From NCBI RefSeq assembly GCF_009914755.1, contig NC_060947.1: a stretch of DNA of 64,000 bases; one strand, given 5' to 3'. Origin of the DNA: the human T2T-CHM13v2.0 reference genome, Homo sapiens. How positions within the stretch are numbered: position 1 is the first letter of the stretch; the number at the start of each line of letters is the position of its first letter. The notes under the pieces were generated by a model, which was not told where the DNA came from, searched no databases, and worked only from the letters and a program-made list of their open reading frames with translations. Shown one piece after another: positions 51,866-64,000 of this stretch. A program made the position numbers and the translations under genes.

Positions 51866-54530
51866 TGTTTTGTGTGTGTTTTTCTTTCTTTCTTTCTTTC
51901 TTTTTTTTTCCCAGTAGGTTATACTGTCTGCAGGGATTTAAAAATAATGATCCCAAACTAAACATGGGAGTGATGTTTTTAGGTTATCATACAGTGCCTT
52001 GGGGAAAGTGGGAGCTCTCAATGAGGTTAAGGGTTAAAAGATGTGCTATGGCCTGTGCTACAATCTCTGTTTAGTTCGTCCAAAGTAGAAGGAATTTAGT
52101 TCTGATCTGAAGGTGTAAAAACTGATCAGAAGAAATGGCCTCAATCAAAATACAAGACTGTGAACTGAGAAGTGGTGTCACTTGGACAAGGGACAGAGCC
52201 AATAGTGTCCTGTGTCTTGAAAAAAGGGAGGGGCATGGTAGGTAAAGCCTGTTACCTTCACTTTTGGTTTCTTTAATGACACTAGAACTTTTTGCTAATT
52301 AACTTGATTGCCTGCAACTGATATATTTATTACTAAGCATTGTTTATCAATGACATATTGTTCAAATATTTGTTTCCCAGGAGAAGGCTGTAAATGTCCT
52401 CTGGGATCATAAAAGGTGATGGATTAACAAGTGCTGGTAGTTGTGGTAGGTCAAGAAGTTACAATGCAGAATTTCCCATACTGTTGTTTGGATATGTTGG
52501 CAGGTCAGCATGAAGAGATGGTGTTTTTCCATGATGAGAAAGATGATAGTTTGTCCTCTAATTTCTTAGCTTTAGCATCCGGTGAAGTTGCTTGCAGGGA
52601 CTATATTTTATCTTATCTCATTCAAAGTCTCTGAATGAAATAACAAGTAGCAAATATGATTACAACTCTTTCTGTAGTTACAAAAACCTATTTTTAAATG
52701 TCTCCCATCTACAATTGGCTATCTTCATACCACCATCTGCTTTCTCAAATTTCCCAAGGCCATTTGCTGTGGATAACCACAAAGCTGCCCGGGGCCAAAA
52801 ATGCCACCTGTTGACTGGAACAGAGAACTCTTGGATTCAATATCTTTTTCCCCTCCACCTCCTTTCTTGCACCTTGGAATGATAATGCATGTGTCTCTGA
52901 AGTTCCCCACACTAGCCAGATGTTCCAGTCATACAAAAAAATTGCTTGCAATTTCTCATCACATCATGCTCTCTCACACACCTACAGGTCTGTGTACACT
53001 AAAACCTCTGAATGCTTTTATGACCTATTTTACCTGGCTATTTCTTCAGTTTAGAAGCCTTAAGCATCACTTTTTTGGGGGAAGCCTTCCCTGAAATTGC
53101 CCAGGGTGATTTAGATATCTCCCTTTCCATAGCCTATATGTAAAGGAAAGATAGTTGTGCCTGTCTATCTTTTAGTGGATGGTAGTGCTTCCAAGGGAAG
53201 AGGGTGAACCAGTACCCCTATAAGGACCTGAGCCAGTGGTGGAGATAGGGAGGGATAAAGTCAGGCATGGCTCCAAACAGTCTTTTATATCATCATTTGA
53301 ATTTTTTTTTCATAGTTGCATGCCTCATCCTAAACATTCTTATAAAATTAGCACTATTATCTATGTTATGTAATATAAAATAATCTCTCCTCAATCATTG
53401 AGTAAAGCTAGTGGTCCAGGAAGATCCTTCTATATTTATCCTGTGGCTTCCTGAACTGCCAGGCACGCTACAGTGTATCTCGGGAGTATGCATAAGTCCC
53501 TCTGAAAACCAGGTATAAAATAGCGTCTCTCAAGGCAGCCATTCAATGGTCTCCTTCAGAGTAGGCCCTAGGTCTTTCATCTCTGCTATAGTATTGTCTA
53601 GTGGATTTTAGATACTCAAGAAATATTATTTTTTGGAATGAGTTAATCTTTCAAGTGATATCAGACATAATAAAGAATCAGTGTCATTAATCTTCAAAAA
53701 GACAGATAATTCATTTGTAGACCCCAAAGTCTCCATCAATCTACTACTCTTTCTCTAATTATTCTTGCATTTTATGAGGTACTGGCATTTAAAATTAATT
53801 TTTAAAACTATCTTCTTGAGTTATGTTAACATTGGTTACTCACTACCATGATACCAGTATTATTTTCCACTCTTCATTGCAAATACATGTTTTCCAGCAA
53901 TATTATGGGGGAAATAAGCCTTGATGGAAAAACCTGGAACTCTAAACACCATCTGTAGTTTCTTTTCCATGGGAAAATATGTCCTGAATTAAAAGGGAAA
54001 ACTGACTTAGAAATGAGCTTCGGAACACTTCAAGGCTGAAGAAGACTGCATTCAAGCATCAGACCCCTGCATCCTACAGCTCCAATTTATACAGCTTACT
54101 GCCCGAAGCCTGGGGGCCTAAGGGAGGGAGCCTAAATCCAGAGACACAAAATGACATCCTAGAACTGCTGAAGTGGGCAGGGAGGACCTCAGTGTGGTCC
54201 CCCGCTGGGCTATTTCAGAGTTCTATCAGCATCATCACTAGGCCATCTTGGATACATATTGACCATCCCAGAAAGCCAGAAAACTTCTTTCTTACAAATC
54301 CTACTGAGATTTACATCTCTGTGATCCCAAAACTGTTCCCTCTTGAGACAAGAAATATCCGAATCATCTGTTTTCTCTGTTTTAAAAAGTCAATTTTTAA
54401 AAATATTGTTTGTTAAGAAATATTTATGAGAGAAGGAGCTCCTGTGTGCAAAGCAACTTTCTAACACATGGTCCATTTATTATGAAATTATTCTGCAGAA
54501 ACTTCCTGTTGCTTTGTCTTTCTCCTTTTA

Positions 54531-54858
<328 letters not shown>

Positions 54859-55034
54859 TAGAAGTGAATTACTCTGAACCAAAACCTTACAAGAGCAAGC
54901 CAAACTGTGCCTTGATTCTCTTTCATGTCAAAGTCTAGGTGGTAAAACATGGATAAGGGGCTTTTGACAAGAACAGGAGACTTCTTTACCTGGCTTCTCT
55001 AGTAAAGCTTCTAGTATCTCAGAGGGGCCATTGA

Positions 55035-55075
55035 TTCTCCATACCTGGTCATTTCTCCATACCTGGTCATTTCTC
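55035..55075. repeat. Perfect 18-bp tandem duplication
   Basis: ttctccatacctggtcat x2, plus a partial ttctc. Confidence 0.9.
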
Positions 55076-56689
55076 TTTCCTGCTATTCCACTCAACCCTA
55101 TCCTCAAACAAGGAAACCTTCCCTCCCAATTGAGTACATGATACTTTTATGTCTCCTCTGCTCTGGAAATGTCATTTCTGATTCTGCTGGGAAGGCAACC
55201 AATGGAGGTCTCAGCCTAGAGCCTTAATCCACTGTCCTAGGCATGTTCTCAGACTGGAAAAAACTGTTGGGAAACAAGTTCAGAACCTGAACTAGGTGAG
55301 ACTGCAAATACTGGTATAGACAGGTTTGTTTTAATTTATAAGGTTGCTCAGCAAAACATCCCCTTTTCTGGAACATAATTAGTATGTTTTTAACTGCAGA
55401 TGTAGAAAAAATTGTTTAGGGTACAGACCAATATATTTTCTTATGTTTATAAGGAAGGTTTCCTTCTCTCTGTTTCTCCTTTATCTACTCTTTACGAAAC
55501 CTTGCAAGAGTAGACTAAAAGGGACCTCCTTTCATTACACATCTTTTTTCCTAAGAAGCAAAATGAACTAAATTAGTTCATTCACTCAGTACTGTAAATA
55601 CCAAATAAAAAAGTCATAGACGTATAGATATAAATACTGCTTCTGTAATGATTTTTTTGTGTGTGTTTGTATAACTAGAGGGCACTGGGAGAAAGAGAAA
55701 AGAAATTATTCAAAGTTCAAAGGCTCCAAGATTTACTAAGAAAATAAGAAAAGGGAAAAAAAAGCCCAAGCATTCACATGCTAAGATAGCTGAAGGATCA
55801 AGTAATATGTTACCCCAGCATTTTCTTCAAAAGAAACGGCTTTTGTAGAAACTGGTGGAAAGTCCAAATCTGAACATTTTTTCTGATTATAATAAATAAA
55901 GCTAGTAATCCCTGTAGAGATTAAGAATGCAGGCTTTGGAGTTGCTTTCACTGTGCTGAAATTCCAACATACAGTCAAGGTTGAGAACACTGCTTTAAGT
56001 ACTTAGTTGTAACTTCCTTTCTCAGATAGTTCAATTTGGCCCTAATTTGGTTTATAATTACAGCATTCTTTCCTTCCTTTTGAGAGTCTCCATCTGTACA
56101 TTTCCCAAGTGTGTGGAAAGGGAGGGTGGACATCTCTTTCCCTCTCTCCCACCTGTGTCTTTGCATACCTTATCTTCTTAGGAAGACAGCATGACTATTG
56201 TTGTTAAATACAAAACTGACCCCATATTCTAACAAATCATAGTTCTTCTTGGCCCACAGCATTACTTTTTAATTTCAGTGATGGATTTCTAGGGGTCATG
56301 CATTGGCATTAGCAGTCTTTAAACACATCATCTCTTTTTCTCTTCCTTCCATCCACTGATTGTTTCTTGAGGGAGGCTCTGAGCCATTCACCTTGGTGAT
56401 TCTTTCCCCCAAACCATATCACCCAAAATCAAGCTGCCAAGCCCAGGATTGGAGGAGGAAAGGTGGTCTTCTGGAACTGTATCCATAGGAATCCTTTCCG
56501 AACTGGCACTTTCATGGGGCATATTGAAGTATTGTGAAGACCTTGAGCAGCGACAGTATTTGGAGCCATCAGAAAGGATTTACCTTTTTTTTTTTTAAGT
56601 CTTTAGTTTATGATCCTTGTGCTCAAACCAATAATCTTTAACCATTAGTACCTGTTTTGACATATGGCCAGAAATTTATTTTAAAGAAC

Positions 56690-57155
56690 GGCATTAGTTA
56701 GCCTTTTCTGCATAAAAAGTCACCCAGTACTTAGTGGCTTAAAATTTAGTGGGTGGTTCTGGTCTGGGATGGCTCAGTTAAGCTCTGTGGAGTTTGCTTA
56801 TGTGTCTATAGTCAGCTGGGGCTGAATGACCTAGAGTGGCCTTATTCATGTCTGGTGATTAGCAGACCAAGATGGGGGTAGGGGACAACTGGGCCACCTG
56901 TACCTCATCATCCAACAGGCTGGGCCAGGCTTCTTCATGAGCAGCAGTAAGCAGGGCAGGTGCCAAGATCAGCAGAAGCAGAAGTTGCAAGGCTTCTTGA
57001 GGCCCAGGCTCAGACATGTACAATGTCACTTCCACCGCATTCTTCTGGCCAAATCAGGTCATAAGGCCTGCTCAGATTCAAGGTGGAGAAATAGACTCCA
57101 TATCTTGCTGGGAAGAGCTGAAAAGCACCATGGCTATTTTTTGAAATCTACCGTA
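56690..57155 (-). mobile_element. MaLR solo LTR, MLT1G/H-like
   Basis: cttagtggcttaaaa...tgcaaggcttcttgaggcccaggctcag...tgtcacttccaccgcattcttctggccaaa...cagattcaagg...aaatagactcca. Confidence 0.8.
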
Positions 57156-57356
57156 ATAACGAAGCACCTGTATTTGCAAATTTTTATACACATAAATTAA
57201 AATGGATTTGAAGTTCTTCCAATAGTAGGGTAACTCTCCTTGTATTCAAATAAATGGGAGAAAAGGGGGTGGGAATTTCCCATGGTTATGATAATGAGTG
57301 GTTCATGTAAATATCATGGGTCATGAAAGAAAAAGGTTTTGAACAGCTGCCCAAGA

Positions 57357-57605
57357 GACAGTGTAGTGAGGTGGAAAGAGCATGAATCTTAAAATCAGAC
57401 AGACCTGTGTTCAAACTCCATCTCTCCAACTTGTTAGTTGGATGGCCTTGGGCAAGTTATTTAACCTGTCTGAACATCAATTTCCTCACCATAAAACAGG
57501 AATAATAATACCTAAGGCACATATCTGTTGTGAGGATTAAATAAGATTATGGGGTAATGCCCAGAACCTAGTAAAGAGCCATTTCATGGTGCTAGTTTCC
57601 TTCCT
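57357..57605 (+). mobile_element. MIR SINE, near full length
   Basis: gacagtgtagtgaggtggaaagagcatg...tcagacagacctgtgttcaaa...ccttgggcaagttatttaacct. Confidence 0.85.
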
Positions 57606-60034
57606 TGACCCCTTAATTTTGTGAAATCGGTGTGTAGTGGGCATAGTGATTCTTTCATTCAGAATCAAAGCTGTCCCACCCCTTTCCCTTCCAGATACCA
57701 GCCTGTCTTTTTTCACATATTGCATATCTTTGAGAGATGACTTCAATACAATATTTTTCAACCTGGGATCTTTGCAATGTTTGCAAACATAAACTTACAG
57801 TTAAAAATTCCAAGACAATTATTAGCTTTGGTGCTATAGATTATTCACATTTTTGAGTTGTGCATAGCTTGCTTTTTCTTTATGGTCTGGATATACTGTG
57901 CAATTTTGGAAACCCACCATCAGAAAAGGAGGCTTTGAAATAGTAGAAGTTGGGCAGCAATGTATGGGAACCATGTTTTTTCAGAAAGGATGCATTTACA
58001 TTGGATAAGGTTTTCAAACATATCCAGGAATTCTATGTAGTGAGGTTAGTCTTTGGGGGCTAGAGGAGGCCAGGTTGGGCAAAACCTTTGCTTAATCTTC
58101 TCCTCTGATGCATTCTATAGGGCTCCATTTTGGCTAAATCATCATAATTCCCACCAAGACAGCACAGAATGATAATGGTTTTATTTATTATTTTATATTC
58201 ATTGCCGGTATATGCAAAGTTTTATAGCTTGCTATAAATCGAGAGGGATTATCACAGCTGTTACTTATTTTAACAGGTCACAATAGAGTAGTTTATGCCA
58301 GATGGTTTGGAGAATTTTGAGGGAGAAATTTTATACAGGCAGCCATATAGATACTAGCTTGGGTAGTCACACCCTGAAATTAATTTACATTTGTTATGAT
58401 ATAAAATATATATGAATAAACACATAGTTCCTTATGAATGAGTGATCCATTTTATAGCAGCTATTTCTTCTGGAAGTCAAGGGAGTCCCTTTGTGAGCAG
58501 TGGTGGGGCAGGAGCAATAGTAATGTGCTGCTACTGGGATAGGTGAGAAGTAAAGCTCCACCACATGCATAGCTCTGGAGGGGACATTCAACTTGCTCCA
58601 GGGAAGTAAGCCTTGGAGACAAAATTGAGTTTTCATAATTGGGTCTCAGCACGTATTTGAGTCAAAGAGAATAAAGCAGGAAACTCGCCCTAGGTAAACA
58701 TAAGGAGAGAATGGGTATGGTATAAATACAGTAGAGCTAGAATTGGGATCCTCGAGGTCACCCTCAAGGTCAGTCTGGGACCAAAAGGTTATCCAGCCCT
58801 GGGCAAATCACAGAACATATTACTTCCCTTGCAGATGCTGAAGTTTATGGGTAGAATGGCCAATTCTGGATGCTCAGCAGAAACAGGAAGATAAAATAAG
58901 TACTGATGATCAGAAATCATTTTAGAAGGTATTTTTGGTTCCAAGTCTCATAGAAAAATTGACTTACACAATGAAAGACGTAGAGAAAATTTTACAGATC
59001 TCTACCCTCCTTATTTTATAGATGAAGAAACAGACCAAGAGGATCATTTAAATATGATCATCTTAGTTTTTTCAGTAAAGAAGTAAAATCAGACTGTCAA
59101 AGTATTTGGGCTCCATTGGCTTCCTCCAATCTTTCTCCCCTTGATCCAGCCCCACGAGTTCCTCTCCTGTATCCCACCTCATGATGGGAAAGGACCACAT
59201 TCCCACCTATCAGAATAATCCAAAGACCAGGTCTAAAGCACACCTGGATTTTCTTGGTAAATTGTCTGAGGCATAAAGTTAATATACCACCTCTTGAACT
59301 GAATTAAAACTATTTAGCCTTGTAGAGTCAATTCTTCCAGCTCCTGTAAAATAGGAGTCAATTAAGATCTGTTTGTGTCAACAAAATAGTAAATTAACCA
59401 GCAAAGGTAAATTTAAAATGGGAGATTTGGAGCATATAACAGCTAAAATCTATATGTACAAAATCAGGAAATGACAGTATTTTGACAATTGAATAGTCCA
59501 TGCATGTTGAAGGACAGAACTGGAATCTGTATCGTGGAGTCCCCCAAGATGGCTAGTAGAAGAATGAAAGCTTTGAAAATTTGTAAGCTCAGCAATACAG
59601 AAATACCCCCACTCTTCTCAGGGCTGCTGAACTTCCAATAACTTCAGCTTTCAGGAATACAGCACCAAACCTGGAAGTAAGTGAAAAGAGTTTCCCAAGG
59701 CTACAAATAATTGTCAGCAAGCCCACATGTATCCTTTTGGCTCTTGCTGGAGAATTGGTAACTCTTCTTTAATGGACAGATGTTTCCCAGCCATGGGTGT
59801 CTGTTATCCCCAGCTCACTGGAGACTTAAACTCTGGGGAAAGGAGCTAGAAGAAGGTTGAGAAAGGAATGATAATGGAGAACTAAATACCAAGGAAAGAG
59901 CATGGAAATCCACAAAGGAGTCTTAGAAATGTGTTACCATAGAGACCAATAATAAGCTTTCTTAATAAAGACCCTAAGTAATCAACAAAACATTAAATTG
60001 TGTTTTGTAGCATCTGATTAAAGAGACAGGAAAG

Positions 60035-60402
60035 TGAATTACTCAAGGTAGGCTAATTCTGGTAATAAACCCCCAATATTTCAGTGTCTTACCTCTCACT
60101 TTCCTTGCAGTTTAATGCTGGTTAGCTTGCAGGTGGGTACCTAGGCTCTTCCCATCTTAGGAATCCACCATCCCATAGAGCCTCTGTGTTCAGCCAGCAG
60201 GGAAGACAAGAAAGTGTGTGTAGGAATAGGTAAGAGTTTTTATGTGCCAAGGCTGGAGGCACACGTAACTTCTGCCCACATTCCATTGGCCAGGACTCAG
60301 TTAGAGGGCTGTACCTAACTGCAAGGGAGGCTGGGAAATGTAGTTTAGCTGTAGGAGAAAGGAGACAGTTTGGTGGACAACTAATTAGCCAGTTTCTTCT
60401 AA
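60035..60402 (-). mobile_element. MaLR solo LTR, MLT1J-like
   Basis: acttctgcccacattccattggccaggactcag...acctaactgcaagggaggctgggaaatgtagt. Confidence 0.8.
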
Positions 60403-60559
60403 AGAAAGTATAAAATATGCTCAGAACAATAAGGGGCTTCAGAAAATTGTTCTTGGTTGGATAAACTTTAGTTATATGGAAAATTACCTGTGTAGACTTT
60501 ACCATTTCCTGGCAATACCAGTTAAAGGAAATAGTTATTTCCTGAGCCACACTGTAGAT

Positions 60560-60783
60560 CAGAGGTTGGCAAATTATGGCCCATGGGCCAAATCCCACAC
60601 ACTCTCTATTTTTGTGCAGAAGGTTCTATTGAAACACAGCCACATCCATCTATATATGCACCATCCATGGCTGCTTTTGAGCTACAACAGCAGAGTAGAG
60701 TAGTTGCAACAGAGACTACATAGCCAGCAAAGCCTAAAATACTTTCTACCTGGCCCTTTACAGAAAAAGTTTGTTGGCCCCTG
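60560..60783 (+). mobile_element. MER58A hAT-Charlie MITE with 8-bp TSD
   Basis: cagaggttggcaaattatggccc...tggccctttacagaaaaagtttgttggcccctg. TSD ctgtagat / ctatagat. Confidence 0.9.
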
Positions 60784-60861
60784 CTATAGATCATCACTGT
60801 CCTAAAAAAGGACACATTTGCAAAATTGTCTGTGAGACCTGGTATCCTTGGCTTTCAGTAA

Positions 60862-61498
60862 AAACATCAGTATGTCGAAGAGACATCTGCACTCCCATGT
60901 TTATTGCAGCACTAATTGCAATAGCCAAGATATGAAATCAACTTATGTCCATTGACAGATGAATGGATAAAGAATATGTGGCTTGTATACACAACAGAAT
61001 ACTATTCAACCATAAAAAAAGAATACAATCCTATCATTTGCAGCAACATGGATGAAACTGGAGGACATTATGTTAAGTGAAATAAGCTAGGCACAGAAAG
61101 ACAAACATGGCATGTTCTCACTCATATGTGAGAGCTAAAAAAAAGATCACATAGAGAGTAGAATAGTGGTTACCAGAGGCTGGGGATGGTGGTGTGGGGA
61201 TAAGGAGAGTCTGGTTAATGAATTTAAAAAATTACAGCTAGATAGGTGGAATACGTTCTAGTGGTATATAGCACTACAGGGTGACTATAGTTAACAAGAA
61301 TTTATTGTATATTTTGAAATAGCTAGAATAGAGGATTTTGAATATTTCCAACACAAAGAAATGATAAATGCTTTAGATGATCAATTTGCTAATTATCCTA
61401 TTTTGATCATTTCACATTGTACACATGTATTGAAATATCATACTGTATGCCGAAAATATGTATAATTATTATGTATCAATTAAAATAATAATTTAAAA
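60862..61498 (+). mobile_element. 5'-truncated L1MA (ORF2 end plus 3' UTR)
   Basis: atctgcactcccatgtttattgcagcact...gatgaatggataaag...atttgcagcaacatggatgaaactggaggacattatgttaagtgaaataagc...aattattatgtatcaattaaaataat. Confidence 0.92.
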
Positions 61499-61549
61499 TA
61501 TATATCAGAAAAGTAGGATACCTATATGGACTGGGATGTAAACTCAGTC

Positions 61550-61655
61550 CTTAGAATGTCAGCTCCAACTGGGCCCAGACTCTGCTGTATCCCCACAAGC
61601 ACCCAGCACAGTACCTGGCATCTGAGAGATACTCAATAAGGGCTTATATTTGAAC
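61550..61655 (+). mobile_element. L2 3' end
   Basis: tagaatgtcagctcc...gctgtatcccc...gcacagtacctggca...actcaataa. Confidence 0.65.
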
Positions 61656-61769
61656 CTTTGATCCATAGGAAGCTTCAGGTACCCTAACCACCATACAGGG
61701 GATAGGGGGACCTAAAAAAATGCAATATGAGCATTATGTGTGAAGACCTCAAACACAGGTAGGAAGGAA

Positions 61770-62005
61770 CCATCTTTGTTGAGCTTTTATTACGTGCTGG
61801 GCACTATCATTGTGCTTTATTGTTTTATTTACTCTTTTAAGCAACTCTATAAATTAGGTATTCTTATTTTCATTTTACAAATGAGAAACTGATTCAAAGA
61901 AGGTTCAAGATTCAGAGAGTCAAATAATTTTCCCAAGGCCACACTTGTTAAGAACTGGAGGAGCTAGGATTCAAACACAGGTCTTTCTGGGTACAAAGCC
62001 TATGT
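61770..62005 (-). mobile_element. MIR SINE
   Basis: tttgttgagctttt...cattttacaaatgagaaactga...ttcccaaggccacac...ggattcaaacacaggtct. Confidence 0.8.
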
Positions 62006-62409
62006 GGTTTTCTTTTCTTTTCTTTTTCTTTTTTTTTTTTTTAACCTCTCTGCCATGGGACTTGCTAAAATCTCATTCAAATTTAAGCAATCTAGTTATA
62101 TCATTATTTTTGCCATCACTGTTAACAACCACCTCATTATTGTAAAGATCAATACAAAGGAGAAAAGACAGGGCCATTTTCATTGCTTTGTGGAATTCTG
62201 CAGACTTCATTGTCAAGGCTCTCCCGTGATAGAGCAGACCTGAAAACCTGGAGCAATGCAGTTCATTTCCTTGGGCTGTGTGATTAGTGACTTGGCCACT
62301 AGCTACCCATGCACTTGCCAGGGATTGCTGTCGAGGGCAGCCATTTTGCTCACCCTAATGTAAATTCTCATGTCAAGACCTGAGAGGTTTGAGTCTGTAC
62401 ATGGTGAGG

Positions 62410-62555
62410 CTTCCTGTTTGAAGTTGATCTGAGAGCTTGTTAACATACAGATGGCCAGGCCTCACCCCAGAGTCTGATTCAGCAGGTCTGGGAAGGCCTG
62501 AGAAGGTGTATCTCTACCAAACCCCCAGGGGCTGCCGGTCCTTTGAGAAGCAAGG
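62410..62555. mobile_element. MER5A1-like MITE
   Basis: gagcttgttaacatacagatggccaggcctcaccccagagtctgattcagcaggtctggg...tttgagaagcaagg. Confidence 0.75.
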
Positions 62556-63559
62556 CTAAGGGAAGGACTTCCCTTTACCTTTGAGAAGCTCTGACTGGTA
62601 TTCCCACCCACTTCACATCTCCCATCAGTAGCCAATCCATCAAGCCTTCCCAAAGCCTTAGGGGTCCAGGTCTGCCCTTGGCAGGCAGAACTCCTCCCAC
62701 TGACCCCTCGGTGACATTTGACATTATAAATCACCCAGCCTTCTTAAAACTCTTTCGTCCATCCCCCTGTTTCTGAGATGGGGCCCTTCCCCCCTTCCAT
62801 CCTGGTCTCCTGCTTCTCTGAGTAATGTCTCTTCCTCTCTGATGACCTTTTCCTTTACCCACCCACCCCTTAAACCTTGGGGTGCATGGCTGTCTTCTCA
62901 CCTTCACTGGGGGAGTGGCCATGCCATCTCCTCCCACCTCATCCTTCCTGTCCCAGCCACACTCTGTCTTCCGGGGGACTTCCACCAGATTCTCTGTCGT
63001 TGCCAGCAGCTGGCAGCCCTCCAAGGAGGCTAGTGGAGAACAGCTAACCCAGACTGACTTGGGTTCTAGGTGATACTTCATGTGACCACAATCATTAATT
63101 CACAGTAATGCCAATTAGGAAATATTCTTTATTTCACACACAGGCAAACCCCAAGATTTCTTATGACCTTGGCAAGTGGAGTGTTTCACAATTGTGAATT
63201 CTGGAGAAGTTACAGGCCTGGTGGATATAGTATTGCCCACACATGCAAATCTGCCCAGCGCCTAAACATCCCTAGTTGAAAATAGGCAACCCAGTCAGAA
63301 AAGAGTCAAGTTTTCCCTAAATAGGTTTCAAAGACATATTACCAAAAACAACATCCCACAAGTCATCTTTGGATAATTTCATTCACTGGGTTTCTTCTTG
63401 TTATGTATGGTATTAGGATATATCCCATAAGTGTTGTCTTTGAAGTGGCCCTAAATGGCTCTCTGCCTTCTGCATTAGGTCGCTATATGGAGAGCCTACC
63501 AACTTAAGCTATGGGCACACACTGCCATGGTTTTTAATCCTGGTTCAACCTCAGATCTG

Positions 63560-64000
63560 GTTTAGTAAATCGCCGCTCCCTGGAGATTAATACATGGCTG
63601 CAAAGGCATTGTCCTTGCAGTGTTTTTCAGCCTGGGCAGGGTGAGATGTGTCTAGGATGCGAGGTTTCAGCATCCGGAGATGAATGGGGGGAGGGGACGC
63701 AATGTCACATTTTTCGGGTGCTCTAGTCCTGTTATATGCGGGCACATGCTCTACGCCAGTCTCTGTCCACCCTCTTGCCCGGGCTGGAGGGGTTGGCACG
63801 GTCGGCGTTTCTGATTCCTTCCTCTGCTGTTGGCCATAGACTAGGGATAAGGGAGGTGAGAAGAGAGCCACGGGGGTGCGGTGCTGAGCAGCTGCGGTCG
63901 GTCCAGCCTGTTGGTGATGTGCGGAGCCCGCCGCCACTCTGGGCATGGGTAACGCGCAGCCCCAGCGGTCGCGCTACGGGAGAAGGAAACACAGAGGTAC
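63560..64000. promoter_or_regulatory. Flank of a CpG island, continuing beyond the window
   Basis: About 25 CpGs in ~430 bp of non-repeat GC-rich sequence, with density rising toward the window end. CpGs are sparse elsewhere in the window. Confidence 0.75.
63587..63946 (-). other. 119-codon ATG-initiated ORF of unknown coding status, in a candidate antisense terminal exon
   Basis: Present in the ORF track. Preceded by an acceptor-like cctctgtgtttccttctcccgtag (minus strand, AG at 63975-63974) and followed by minus-strand AATAAA at 63133-63128. No recognisable domain. Confidence 0.25.

Noticed and set aside
55672-55685. CTCF-like motif taACTAGAGGGCAC (weaker ones at 24848, 38620, 52801)
   Set aside because: It mismatches the 5' CC of the core, and partial matches are expected by chance in 64 kb.
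59420-59850. Possible second CR1/L3 3' fragment
   Set aside because: Similarity is too weak to call by eye.

Overview
This is primate genomic DNA (AluJ, AluS and AluY copies are present, so most likely human or a close ape). It looks intronic or intergenic. I recognise no protein-coding gene: the ORF track is explained by repeat-derived or chance ORFs. The window is a mosaic of old interspersed repeats (MIR, L2, CR1/L3, L1M, MaLR/ERVL solo LTRs, hAT-Charlie DNA transposon derivatives), eight Alus, microsatellites and several repeat-poor blocks that may be regulatory. It ends at the flank of a CpG island (~63.56-64.0 kb). I found no convincing new biological system. The most notable local signals are: a 42-nt tailless 5S rRNA retrocopy with a target-site duplication (38842-38883); a candidate minus-strand terminal exon carrying a 119-codon ORF at the CpG-island edge; a MIR that appears to have gained CpGs; a ~200-bp TA-rich palindromic microsatellite grown from an Alu tail; and a readable CR1/L3 reverse-transcriptase fossil. 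Repeat family names come from by-eye comparison with remembered consensus sequences. Subfamily labels and most boundaries are approximate and need RepeatMasker/Dfam confirmation.
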